32,000 bases of DNA from Acaryochloris marina S15. Its GTDB lineage: Bacteria > Cyanobacteriota > Cyanobacteriia > Thermosynechococcales > Thermosynechococcaceae. The notes under the pieces were generated by a model. It was not told where the DNA came from and ran no database searches. It saw nothing but the letters and a program-made list of their open reading frames with translations. Positions 1 through 8,113 of this stretch are shown piece after piece; the first letter of the stretch is position 1; the number at the start of each line of letters is the position of its first letter. The translations under genes and the position numbers were made by a program. The stretch covers positions 30,001 through 62,000 of the forward strand of contig NZ_CP064926.1 in NCBI RefSeq assembly GCF_018336915.1, given 5' to 3'.

Positions 1-213
1 ATCTTGCGGGGCCGCCCTCCCTTTCGGCCTCTTGCCCGTGCTGCTTGTAAGCCAGCTCGTGTTCGTTCACCAATCAGTTCTCGCTCATATTCTGCCAGGG
101 CTGCAAAAACCGCGAAAAACAAGCGACCATTGGCAGTCGTCCACCTGTAAATTATTCCGGGTTAAGTTGCCCAGTCTGAGTTTTGGAGGTTTTACAATAG
201 TCTCATTCCGCTG
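1..213 (-). pseudogene. Serine recombinase (resolvase/invertase) gene remnant; 3' part runs off the left window edge
   Basis: Minus-strand translation of 3-146 reads RWTTANGRLFFAVFAALAEYERELIGERTRAGLQAARARGRKGGRPRK, the conserved C-terminal part of the resolvase catalytic domain. That frame closes at TAA (162-164). Weaker similarity (..LGNLTRNNLQVDD) continues in another frame up to about 213. No N-terminal catalytic-Ser region is present, so the gene looks frameshifted and 5'-truncated. Confidence 0.55.
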
Positions 214-294
214 AGATCAAAATGTACCTCCTTGTAATGAAGTTCAGTTGGCAATGCTATCTGTTGAACCGTATCAAATCTCCAAAAGTTACTC

Positions 295-1140
295 TTAAAC
301 TGGAATAGGAAGTTGGGCCGGGAGTAGAGAGAGGGCTACAATCGCTAGGAATCCAAGTGCTGATAATGTTTCTAGAGCTGCCACATTTTGAATCCGAGTG
401 TTTCGGTACCATTTTTGCCCGAGTAAGATCAAGCCAAATTTGAACAGAGCCACACCAAAGGCCAACGCCGTGATGGTTTCCAACCCACCAGCGTACCAAA
501 GGACCCAAACAATGAAGGTGGCGATCGCATGATAAACCAGTCCTGGGACCCATGATTCTGTTTTAGGCTTGCGCAGCTTGACGGTGAAAATGGCACTGCT
601 GAAAAATAGAGTATTCAAAATCCACAGTCCTAAAACCGAGGCTGTCAGAGTCCCTAAGGTCGCAGTATAAGCTAGGGGGGCTGCTAAGCAGACAGCCGCA
701 AAGGTCAGCAGCTCATTGGCAATCGCTCTCTGCTTGCGGTAGAACACTGCAATAGTATCGACTAACAAAGTTGAGATCGCACTCAGATACAGCCACAGCA
801 GAACAGGGACCTGTATCGCCAGAATGCCACCCAGCCCCATGGCAATAGCCGTATAAATTCCACCCCATATCAGGAACCGAGGTTTCCAACTGCGCCGCTG
901 TTTAATCTGCAACACCAGAGGGTGCTCAGCCTGAAAGCCAGTAAAAGCACAAACTAGGGCAAGGGTTGTCGCTAAGGTCCACTGCTGGGCAGCAGCAGCA
1001 CCTGTCAGGAAAGAGACAATCAACACGACATAAACGCCATGCTCCGATGAGAAAGTGGGGTGATACCAAGCTGAGAGATGGGACGTCGATTTGGGATCTA
1101 GCTGCACAGTCTTAGATTGATGAGAATCAGAGACTGTCAT
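295..1140 (-). CDS. Polytopic membrane protein, YwiC-like (tentative family)
   Basis: 281-aa ORF that is almost entirely hydrophobic helices. Its ATG overlaps the stop of the upstream ORF (ATGA at 1137-1140), indicating translational coupling. The N-terminal ..EHGVYVVLIVSFLTGAA.. recalls YwiC-like proteins; this assignment is from memory only. Confidence 0.6.
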   Translation of the reverse strand: MTVSDSHQSKTVQLDPKSTSHLSAWYHPTFSSEHGVYVVLIVSFLTGAAAAQQWTLATTLALVCAFTGFQAEHPLVLQIKQRRSWKPRFLIWGGIYTAIAMGLGGILAIQVPVLLWLYLSAISTLLVDTIAVFYRKQRAIANELLTFAAVCLAAPLAYTATLGTLTASVLGLWILNTLFFSSAIFTVKLRKPKTESWVPGLVYHAIATFIVWVLWYAGGLETITALAFGVALFKFGLILLGQKWYRNTRIQNVAALETLSALGFLAIVALSLLPAQLPIPV

Positions 1141-1583
1141 ATTAGTCCTCCTAGGCGAATTCCGCTCCCCAGAATCACGAACAAAACGGCCAAGGTGGTT
1201 ACACCCACAATGTGATACGCCAAGGAATTCATTGTTTCTTTAGTGAGCTTCGGAATGATGAAAAAGCGGGCATGAATGGCTAGCGCCAGCGTGCTTACGA
1301 GCAGGCCCAGCTTAATTGCAATATATCTAGAAAGATAGGAGTCAAAAGCTAAAAAAGTCTGGAAGCCAGGGAAATAAATCCAGGTCAGCCATAGCCCTGT
1401 AGTTACTTGAAGCAGCAATGCCAACAGGCCAAAGTTCTCAAAGTGTTCTTCAAAAGCATGAATACGATCTGGATCCCGGTTTTTCAACGCTTGAGGTAGA
1501 ACCGTAATGGCAAGTACCAGATGGCCTCCTGACCATACTGTTGCACCTAGAGTGTGCAGAATAACCAGGATTTTGAACAGCAT
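1137..1583 (-). CDS. Small four-helix membrane protein (CopD-like/DUF-type, tentative)
   Basis: 148-aa ORF with four hydrophobic segments and a His-containing first helix (HTLGATVWSGGH). It is same-strand and tightly packed between the PTOX gene and the YwiC-like gene. Confidence 0.55.
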   Translation of the reverse strand: MLFKILVILHTLGATVWSGGHLVLAITVLPQALKNRDPDRIHAFEEHFENFGLLALLLQVTTGLWLTWIYFPGFQTFLAFDSYLSRYIAIKLGLLVSTLALAIHARFFIIPKLTKETMNSLAYHIVGVTTLAVLFVILGSGIRLGGLI

Positions 1584-1609
1584 AAGAGATGTTTGATCCG
1601 CGATAACAG

Positions 1610-2290
1610 TTAAGGAAGTACTGGGGTATCCTCTACACTCAAGACTGGGGAAGCATGAGGGCTGAGAAGGTCCTGAAGCGCACCAGGTTTTTGGCAGGCT
1701 GCCATGGTTTTGACATGTTCCATTTCATCATCGCGAATGGCCACAAATACGTCGTAGAGCGAATCGATCTGAGGACGGCGTTCTTCGTCTCTGCGTGCCG
1801 TCTGGAACTCATCAAACATATATAAATCGCCATCACGGTAGTACTGCACAGCAATTTCAGGGGCAGATTGAGTCTTAAGCGTATCGGCTTCTAGCTTGAG
1901 AAACTTGTCATAGGAGGCATAGGCATGTTCTTCTACAAGTTCCATAAAACGATAGGCTGAGCGAGGTGAGACGAGGTACAGCCCTGCAATCACCCAGTAA
2001 TAAATCATGGCCGTAGTTTTTGCCAATAGGCGATCACCCCAAAAGTTTGCACCCCCTAGAGATTCCATAATCAACAGGTGGTGAAGTTCATTCCAAGATT
2101 CTGAAAAATGAATCTTTAGCCAGTCTGCCTTACGCCACAAGCCCAAGGTTTCATAGAAGTGCAACACTGACAGATAGGAAAAGTAGGGAACACGAGCTAC
2201 AGTCTCAAGCACGTAAAACCGTGGATAGGGTCGATTGGCGTAGACCTTATTAATCACGAGCACCAAAATACCAACTAAAAGACGAATCAT
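1610..2290 (-). CDS. ptox: Alternative oxidase / plastoquinol terminal oxidase (di-iron carboxylate quinol oxidase)
   Basis: Four iron-binding motifs occur in canonical order: LETVARVP, NELHHL, EEHAYASY, DDEMEH. The 226-aa size is typical of cyanobacterial PTOX. Confidence 0.85.
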   Translation of the reverse strand: MIRLLVGILVLVINKVYANRPYPRFYVLETVARVPYFSYLSVLHFYETLGLWRKADWLKIHFSESWNELHHLLIMESLGGANFWGDRLLAKTTAMIYYWVIAGLYLVSPRSAYRFMELVEEHAYASYDKFLKLEADTLKTQSAPEIAVQYYRDGDLYMFDEFQTARRDEERRPQIDSLYDVFVAIRDDEMEHVKTMAACQKPGALQDLLSPHASPVLSVEDTPVLP

Positions 2291-2367
2291 TGCAATAAAC
2301 CTCTAAGCAGCAAATAAATTAAAATCCCAGAACTCATACGTCATCCTGAGACTTGAAATCGAAATAG

Positions 2368-4668
2368 TCAACGAACCTCTGTGGCTAAGTCCGTTGGCTG
2401 TGATTGAGTGGGTTGCCTGAATATAGCAACAATCGCCCGTCCTACACTAAACACCAGCACTAGAGCACCGACAGAAAAGATAATGTCGCCTGGAATCCGC
2501 AACCAGACCGTCCATCGCATCCAGGGAGAACTAATGACCTCGGCACTGCGAGCATACCAAGTGCCATGATTCACGGACTGCACCAATTGATAAAAGCCGT
2601 TGGGAATCAAGCCACAGACCATCATGATCCCCAAGCCGCCATTAATCCACCAGAACGAAAAGTTAAAATTCTGCTCATCCCAAGCGGAGTCGGGGGTGAT
2701 TTCTCGCAGCGCAAATAGCATGAGTGCAATCGCCAATGAGCCATACACACCGTACAGTGCTGAGTGCGCATGAATCGGAGTAGTGTTCAATCCCTGAGAG
2801 TAATAGAGCACGATGGGCGGGTTGATTAAAAAGCCAAATACACCTGCACCAACAAGATTCCAGAAACAAGTGGCTAAAAAGAATTTGAGCGGTAGTCGGT
2901 AAAACCCTTGAGCTTCCTGGGATAGCTTCAATGATTTCACGACTTCAAACCCAATCAAGGTGAGAGGCACGACTTCTAATGCGGAAGCAACCGAACCCAT
3001 TGCTGCAATAAAGACGGGCGTTCCCGAAAAGTAAAGATGATGGAGAGTGCCAATCACACCACTACCAAGATAGAGAATCGTGGTTAGATAGGTGGCCCGT
3101 AAGGCTGTAGACCGCTTTAAAAAGCCTAGCTCACTACATAGGTAGGCGATTGCCACAGTCGCAAATACTTCAAAAAAACCTTCTACCCATAAATGCACAA
3201 CCCACCAGCGCCAATACTCAGCAATACTGAGGGGGGTATGGTTGGTATACATCAAGCCTGCAGAGTAAAAAAGCGGAATAGTAATCGCACTGTAGAGAAA
3301 GAAATGATTTAGCCCCGTCTTGCTACCCTCAGCCTGTAAGGCGGGTTTGAGCGCCCGAAACATCAGCCATAGCCAAAAAACCATGCCACCAATCAGCAAT
3401 AACTGCCAAAGCCGACCTAGTTCCACATATTCATAGCCCTGATGTCCGAACCAAAAGCTTTTATCCCCTAGCAAACCTTGAACACCAGCCCAGGAACCAA
3501 TCAGCGAACCCACTACTACGATCGTTAGGGCTACCAGTAACCCACCATTACCCCAAGCTTGGAACTTGGGTTCATGCTTACCAAAGCGTGGTCCAAAGTA
3601 TAGCCCCGCTGCTAGCCAGCAGGTCGCGATCCAAAATACCGCGAGCTGCAAATGCCAGGTGCGCGACGCAGCATAGGGTAAATACTGCTGAATCGGTACC
3701 CCGTAAAAACCATCCCCTTCTACCGCATAATGTGCCGTCACCATTCCCATCAGAATCTGAACTAAAAAGAGCGTCATTGCCACTCCAAAAAAGAGAGTAG
3801 TAACTTTCTGGCTAGGAGTAGCGATCCGAATGGCAGGCCGGGTAGTTACGGGTTGCACGTCTTCGGCATCTTCTTGGGTGATGTAGATAAAAAGGAAAAA
3901 GGCGATCGCTGCAATTAACACAATCACCGAGACAATCGACCAGATCAGGAACTGAGCGGGGGCTTGGTTACTAATGAGATCGTCATGGGGAAAGTTGGCC
4001 GTATAGGAAAAGGGAGCGTTGGGGCGATTGGCCGAGGCAGCCCAGGCCGTCCAAGTGAAGAAAGAAGTCACATCCCGAATTTGGCCACCATCCGTAAACC
4101 AACCCCTGGGAATTGAATGCACTGCTGAGCCTTGGGATAGTAGAGTTTGATAGTCAGCAAAAACTGTCTGGAGTCCCTGGGTCTGTGCGGCTGTTAGAGT
4201 CAATGCCTGTGTCTCTGGCCCATAGCGGTTGGCTTTAAAGTCCTGCTGTACCTGAGTTTGCAGAATCGCTCGTTCTACGGCAGGCAGTGCCTCTAAATCC
4301 GTCTGTGAAAAGTTTGGATTGTTGTTGTAGATTACGCCTGCTGTCGCTAACCCCCAACGATGGAGGACATCTGCTGTCCAGTCTGGTGCGAGGTAACTAC
4401 CATGTCCCCAGATGCTGCCAATATGTTGTCCACCTCTTGCCAGATAGGCTTCTTGACCTGCTTGAATATTAGCCTGAGTCAGAATGACTTCTTGCTGAGG
4501 TGAAACGATAGTCATGGGGATGGGAGGCGCATTTTTATAAATAGCAGCCCCGGCAGAGAGCAAAACCGTAAAGGTGACAATACAGATCAACGCTAGCCAT
4601 GCCGGTAATCCAACTCGTTGAGGATGCTTTCCGGTCGCAACTGTACTCTCGAAAGTGGGATTAGCCAT
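2368..4668 (-). CDS. norB: Quinol-dependent nitric oxide reductase, single-subunit qNOR (NorB/NorZ type)
   Basis: The longest ORF is 2368-4713 with a TTG start. The likely ATG is at 4668 (MANPTFES..). The architecture is an N-terminal TM helix, a soluble extension of about 200 aa, then a multi-helix heme-copper-oxidase-like core. The core carries His clusters (..HLWVEGFFEVF.., ..TLHHLYFSG.., ..PIHAHSALYG..). Size and architecture fit qNOR rather than the roughly 450-aa cNOR NorB. Confidence 0.85.
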   Translation of the reverse strand: MANPTFESTVATGKHPQRVGLPAWLALICIVTFTVLLSAGAAIYKNAPPIPMTIVSPQQEVILTQANIQAGQEAYLARGGQHIGSIWGHGSYLAPDWTADVLHRWGLATAGVIYNNNPNFSQTDLEALPAVERAILQTQVQQDFKANRYGPETQALTLTAAQTQGLQTVFADYQTLLSQGSAVHSIPRGWFTDGGQIRDVTSFFTWTAWAASANRPNAPFSYTANFPHDDLISNQAPAQFLIWSIVSVIVLIAAIAFFLFIYITQEDAEDVQPVTTRPAIRIATPSQKVTTLFFGVAMTLFLVQILMGMVTAHYAVEGDGFYGVPIQQYLPYAASRTWHLQLAVFWIATCWLAAGLYFGPRFGKHEPKFQAWGNGGLLVALTIVVVGSLIGSWAGVQGLLGDKSFWFGHQGYEYVELGRLWQLLLIGGMVFWLWLMFRALKPALQAEGSKTGLNHFFLYSAITIPLFYSAGLMYTNHTPLSIAEYWRWWVVHLWVEGFFEVFATVAIAYLCSELGFLKRSTALRATYLTTILYLGSGVIGTLHHLYFSGTPVFIAAMGSVASALEVVPLTLIGFEVVKSLKLSQEAQGFYRLPLKFFLATCFWNLVGAGVFGFLINPPIVLYYSQGLNTTPIHAHSALYGVYGSLAIALMLFALREITPDSAWDEQNFNFSFWWINGGLGIMMVCGLIPNGFYQLVQSVNHGTWYARSAEVISSPWMRWTVWLRIPGDIIFSVGALVLVFSVGRAIVAIFRQPTQSQPTDLATEVR

Positions 4669-4795
4669 TCTTGCAAAATAGATAAGTTCAAACTGATATC
4701 TGGAGGTAAGCAAACAGTGCCACAGAGACGATCACTAATCGCGATAACACTTGCATCAGCCCTCCTTAGCCTAGGAGAGGCTACAGTAAAAATGC

Positions 4796-4811
4796 TTTGA
4801 CTTATGTCAAA
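4796..4811. promoter_or_regulatory. Perfect FNR/CRP-family-type palindrome TTTGAC-TTAT-GTCAAA in the norB/crp divergent intergenic region
   Basis: The 16-bp perfect inverted repeat was read directly. It is centred about 135 bp from the norB ATG (4668) and about 130 bp from the regulator start (4934). Half-site spacing matches the TTGAT-N4-ATCAA class. Confidence 0.5.
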
Positions 4812-4933
4812 AAATATCTTGAAAGATTCTTAATTTTGCGAACCCGATGAAGTACAGCCTGTTCGAAATAACCCAATGAAATCCTTAAGATAAGGAGAGG
4901 CCAAGCTGGATAAAAAATACTCTGGGGTAATGA

Positions 4934-5665
4934 ATGGACGAATCGCAACTCAGTCGGTGGTTATCATCGACCCTTATTTTCCAAGAACTCTCTTGCTCAC
5001 AGCTCCTGGCTTTAACCCAAATCGCTCAATTTCAAGTCTTCAAAAAAGGTGAACTCATTTTTAAGCAAGGACGACCGGCTACTAGGTTCTTTGTGATTAA
5101 AACAGGAAGAGTCAAAGTCTTTAAAATTTCTGTGAATGGTAGAGAGCAAATTCTGAATATCTTTGATGAGGGGGAAAATTTTGCTGAAGTGGCAGCGATA
5201 GATGGACTAGAGTTTCCTGCATCTGCAACCGCATTAGATCCGACAACAGTTGTCTTTTTCACTCGGACAGAATTTTTGGCATTGCTGCATCAATATCCCG
5301 ACATCGCCATCCATATCCTCAGTAGTTTGGCGAGACATACACGACATTTAGTTCAGGTCATCGAAGACCTCTCCTTTAAAGATGTGCCGCAGCGCCTGGC
5401 ATCTCACTTACTGAATTTGAGCAGCTATCAGACGGTCACTCCGTTGACTCAACAAGCAAATGTAGTCATGCTAAATTTAAGCAAACATCAGCTAGCAGCG
5501 GCTTTAGGTACGATACCGGCTACCCTCTCGCGGGCATTCTATCGCCTCAGCACTGACGACATCATTGCAGTCAAAGGAATGCAAATTGAGATCTTGGATC
5601 ACGACCGCCTCCTAGCGTTAAGTCAACTATCGAAATCTCAACCATCTCTAGACCAATGTCACTGA
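4934..5665 (+). CDS. Crp/Fnr-family transcriptional regulator (cNMP-binding-like domain + HTH); last 3 codons and stop supplied by the IS end
   Basis: It has an N-terminal beta-barrel effector domain (..RFFVIKTGRVKVFKISVNGREQIL..) and a C-terminal HTH (..LSKHQLAAALGTIPATLSRAFYRL..). It is divergent from norB. Confidence 0.8.
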   Translation: MDESQLSRWLSSTLIFQELSCSQLLALTQIAQFQVFKKGELIFKQGRPATRFFVIKTGRVKVFKISVNGREQILNIFDEGENFAEVAAIDGLEFPASATALDPTTVVFFTRTEFLALLHQYPDIAIHILSSLARHTRHLVQVIEDLSFKDVPQRLASHLLNLSSYQTVTPLTQQANVVMLNLSKHQLAAALGTIPATLSRAFYRLSTDDIIAVKGMQIEILDHDRLLALSQLSKSQPSLDQCH

Positions 5666-5687
5666 CTTAAGAAAGTAGAAAAGGGCT

Positions 5688-5720
5688 GCAAGTCTTGATA
5701 GATATAGAATCAAGACTTGC
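5688..5720 (+). promoter_or_regulatory. 12-bp perfect stem-loop inside the IS4-like element, between the left IR and the transposase ATG
   Basis: GCAAGTCTTGAT (5688-5699), a 9-nt loop, then ATCAAGACTTGC (5709-5720). It lies 27 nt upstream of the ATG at 5747. Confidence 0.4.
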
Positions 5721-5746
5721 AATCCATCAATAATCTGCCTTCTACT

Positions 5747-7114
5747 ATGTCTCAGTCAGCCGAAATTCTCAAGCATCAGTTTTCCCAAAGCCTGGGATTG
5801 CCCTGGACGGATATTCTTCCCGCTTCAAGGCTGACCGACATCCTAGCAGAAGAATCAATCTCCTATCGTAACCGTGTGTATACGCCCATCGTTACGTTGT
5901 GGGCCATGCTCTACCAAGCATTATCTGCAGACAAAAGCTTGCGTAACACAGTCAAATGCATCACCATCTGGCTCACTGCCGCAGGAATCCAACCCCCATC
6001 ATCAGATACAGGAGCCTACAGTAAAGCCCGAGGAAGATTACCTGAGTCCCTGCTGCAACGGTTAATTCCCGAAACTGCTAATCACATAGAGCAAAGCATT
6101 CCCCAAGAACACCACTGGTGTAATCGAACAGTGAAAGTCTATGACGGCACGACAGTGCTGATGGCTGATAGTGCGGCGAACCAAGGGGAGTATCCTCAAC
6201 ATGGCAATCAGGCTCCTGGCTGTGGATTCCCCATTGCCCGTTTAGTGGTGTTTTTTTGCTTAATCACAGGGGCAGTGGTCTCAGCCTGCATTGCCCCCTG
6301 GAGCATGAGTGAAATCGTCATCAGTCGGCTGCTTTATGAGGATCTGGAGGTTGATGATGTGGCCATAGCAGATCAAGCCTATGGCAGCTATGTTGATCTA
6401 GCCCTGATTCAACAACAAGGAGCCGATGGGGTTTTACGTAAACATCATGCCCGTCATACAGACTTCCGTAAAGGCCGTAAGAACGGGATAGGAGACCACC
6501 AAGTTCAATGGCAAAAGCCCACACGGTGTCCCGCCCACATGAGTGCAACGGAGTTTGCAGAGATTCCCAAAACGTTGACAGTCAGGGAGGTATCGCTACG
6601 TCTATCGCGTCGAGGCTTTCGAGACCAGTTCATTATCGTCGTCACGACCTTACTGGATGCTCAGCGCTATAGTGCTAAACAATTGACTCGCTTGTACGGA
6701 TGGCGATGGCAGGCGGCTGAAGTCAATTTGAGACACCTCAAAACCACCTTAAAGATGGAAATGCTCACGGCAAAGACACCTGAAATGGTGCGCAAGGATA
6801 TTTGGTCTCATTTGCTAGGCTACAACTTATTGAGAAGTCTCATGGAACAGGCTGCCCCATGGGCAGAATATGACCGCTCTCGACTCTCTTTACAAGGGGC
6901 TCGACAACACTTTAATCAGATGCTGGTTTTGTTAGCAACGGCGACACAAGCTATACGTCAACGGTTGTATGCTCATCTGCTTGAAAATATTGCTACTGAC
7001 CTTCTGCCTGTTCGACCCCATCGACTCGAACCCAGGGTCGTTAAACGAAGACCTAAGCCCTTCCCCAGAATGCGACAACCGCGCTCTGTCCTCAAAGCCA
7101 ATCTGGCTGCTTGA
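5747..7114 (+). CDS. IS4-family DDE transposase
   Basis: The ORF is 465 aa from TTG 5717 and 455 aa from ATG 5747 (MSQSAEILKH..). It carries a C-terminal YREK-like signature, LYGWRWQAAEVNLRHLK. It is bounded by the IRs described above. Confidence 0.85.
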   Translation: MSQSAEILKHQFSQSLGLPWTDILPASRLTDILAEESISYRNRVYTPIVTLWAMLYQALSADKSLRNTVKCITIWLTAAGIQPPSSDTGAYSKARGRLPESLLQRLIPETANHIEQSIPQEHHWCNRTVKVYDGTTVLMADSAANQGEYPQHGNQAPGCGFPIARLVVFFCLITGAVVSACIAPWSMSEIVISRLLYEDLEVDDVAIADQAYGSYVDLALIQQQGADGVLRKHHARHTDFRKGRKNGIGDHQVQWQKPTRCPAHMSATEFAEIPKTLTVREVSLRLSRRGFRDQFIIVVTTLLDAQRYSAKQLTRLYGWRWQAAEVNLRHLKTTLKMEMLTAKTPEMVRKDIWSHLLGYNLLRSLMEQAAPWAEYDRSRLSLQGARQHFNQMLVLLATATQAIRQRLYAHLLENIATDLLPVRPHRLEPRVVKRRPKPFPRMRQPRSVLKANLAA

Positions 7115-7283
7115 TTAAGCTTATCTCAGTGCCATTGATCTCTAGACTGAATGTAACGCCTAGATTCAAATCCTTTTCTCAAAAACCAAGATGACAGCAG
7201 ATGTTTGGCTACTACGGTCTATTATTTGGCAAAATTTTGACCATTGCCTATGGCATTCTTAACTCGGTAATATACGCTTGAAT

Positions 7284-7667
7284 ATGGAAGCTCCACTCAC
7301 AAAGCAATCAATGGAACCGACCCAAAATCCGAAAGTTGATAAACTCCTCAAAAAATATGCCGCTGGGGAACGCAACTTTAGAGAAATAGATTTAAGTCAG
7401 TCTGACCTCAGTGGAATTAACTTAAAGGGAGCAGATCTTAGTTATGCTGATCTCCGTGAGACAAATTTAAACAATGCCAATTTGAGGGGAACGGATCTTA
7501 GTTATGCCAGTTTGAGTGAAGCAGATTTGACACAAGCAGATCTACGCGGATCCAGCCTTTTTGGTGTCGACTTGAGAAGCACGACCTTAACAGATATTAG
7601 CCTCACTGAGGCTGATTATGATAAGACCACTCACTTCCCAGCTGGCTTTGACCCTAATGCGTCTTGA
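7284..7667 (+). CDS. Pentapeptide-repeat protein
   Basis: Tandem A(D/N)LxX repeats: ..SDLSGINLKGADLSYADLRETNLNNANLRGTDLSYASLSEADLTQADLRGSSLFGVDLRSTTL.. Confidence 0.8.
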   Translation: MEAPLTKQSMEPTQNPKVDKLLKKYAAGERNFREIDLSQSDLSGINLKGADLSYADLRETNLNNANLRGTDLSYASLSEADLTQADLRGSSLFGVDLRSTTLTDISLTEADYDKTTHFPAGFDPNAS

Positions 7668-7838
7668 ACCAAACAGGGCTAGCCCCTTGTCTTTGAGTCA
7701 ATAGGTTAGTAAGATTCTGCCAATCTTCTTGTTCAGTGTCACCTTATGAAGCTTTTTTGTGTAGCGTTGAATCGCATCTCTGCTGTGCGATTGCCTCGCA
7801 TTCCCCAGATCTTTGCTACCGTTGATGGCCAACATTCT

Positions 7839-8113
7839 ATGGTACGTGCATCACTCACCGTCATGGCAACAGCATTGCTCAGTTGTGTAATCACCCCTCA
7901 ATGGGTCTCAGCTGAAACCGTTCTTGAAAAGGTTGATCGTACAGGTACATTAACTGCGGGCACCAATCAAGCAGCTTTCCCCTTTGCCTTTACCAACGAG
8001 CAGGGACAACTGCAAGGGTATTCGGTAGACATGCTAAAGCTCATTCAAACACAGCTTTCAGAAGAATTGGGGAAGCCGATTGAGCTGAAGCTCTTGGCCC
8101 TAACCCCCGAAGC
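7839..8113 (+). pseudogene. 5' remnant of a family-3 (amino-acid type) ABC substrate-binding protein, cut off by the ISAs1-like element
   Basis: A signal peptide (MVRASLTVMATALLSCVITPQWVSA) is followed by ..TGTLTAGTNQAAFPFAFTNEQGQLQGYSVDMLKLI.., typical of the N-lobe. The frame runs directly into the IS end at 8114. The tail RVSARKSSL is IS-encoded and is also seen at 16913. No remaining two-thirds of the gene exists downstream of the IS. Confidence 0.7.

Larger units (their letters stand above)
5654..7137 (+). mobile_element. IS4-family insertion sequence (1484 bp) with 18-bp imperfect IRs and a 10-bp target duplication
   Basis: The left end is CAATGTCACTGACTTAAG (5654-5671). The reverse complement of the right end is CAATGGCACTGAGATAAG (7120-7137), giving 15/18 matches. 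The element is flanked by direct repeats ATCTCTAGAC at 5644-5653 and 7138-7147. Confidence 0.85.

Noticed and set aside
32-553. ORF-track entries 32-214 (+) and 257-553 (-)
   Set aside because: 32-214 is antisense to the clearly recognisable resolvase remnant. 257-553 is an alternative frame inside the 281-aa membrane-protein gene and has Cys/Trp/Arg-rich, non-protein-like composition.
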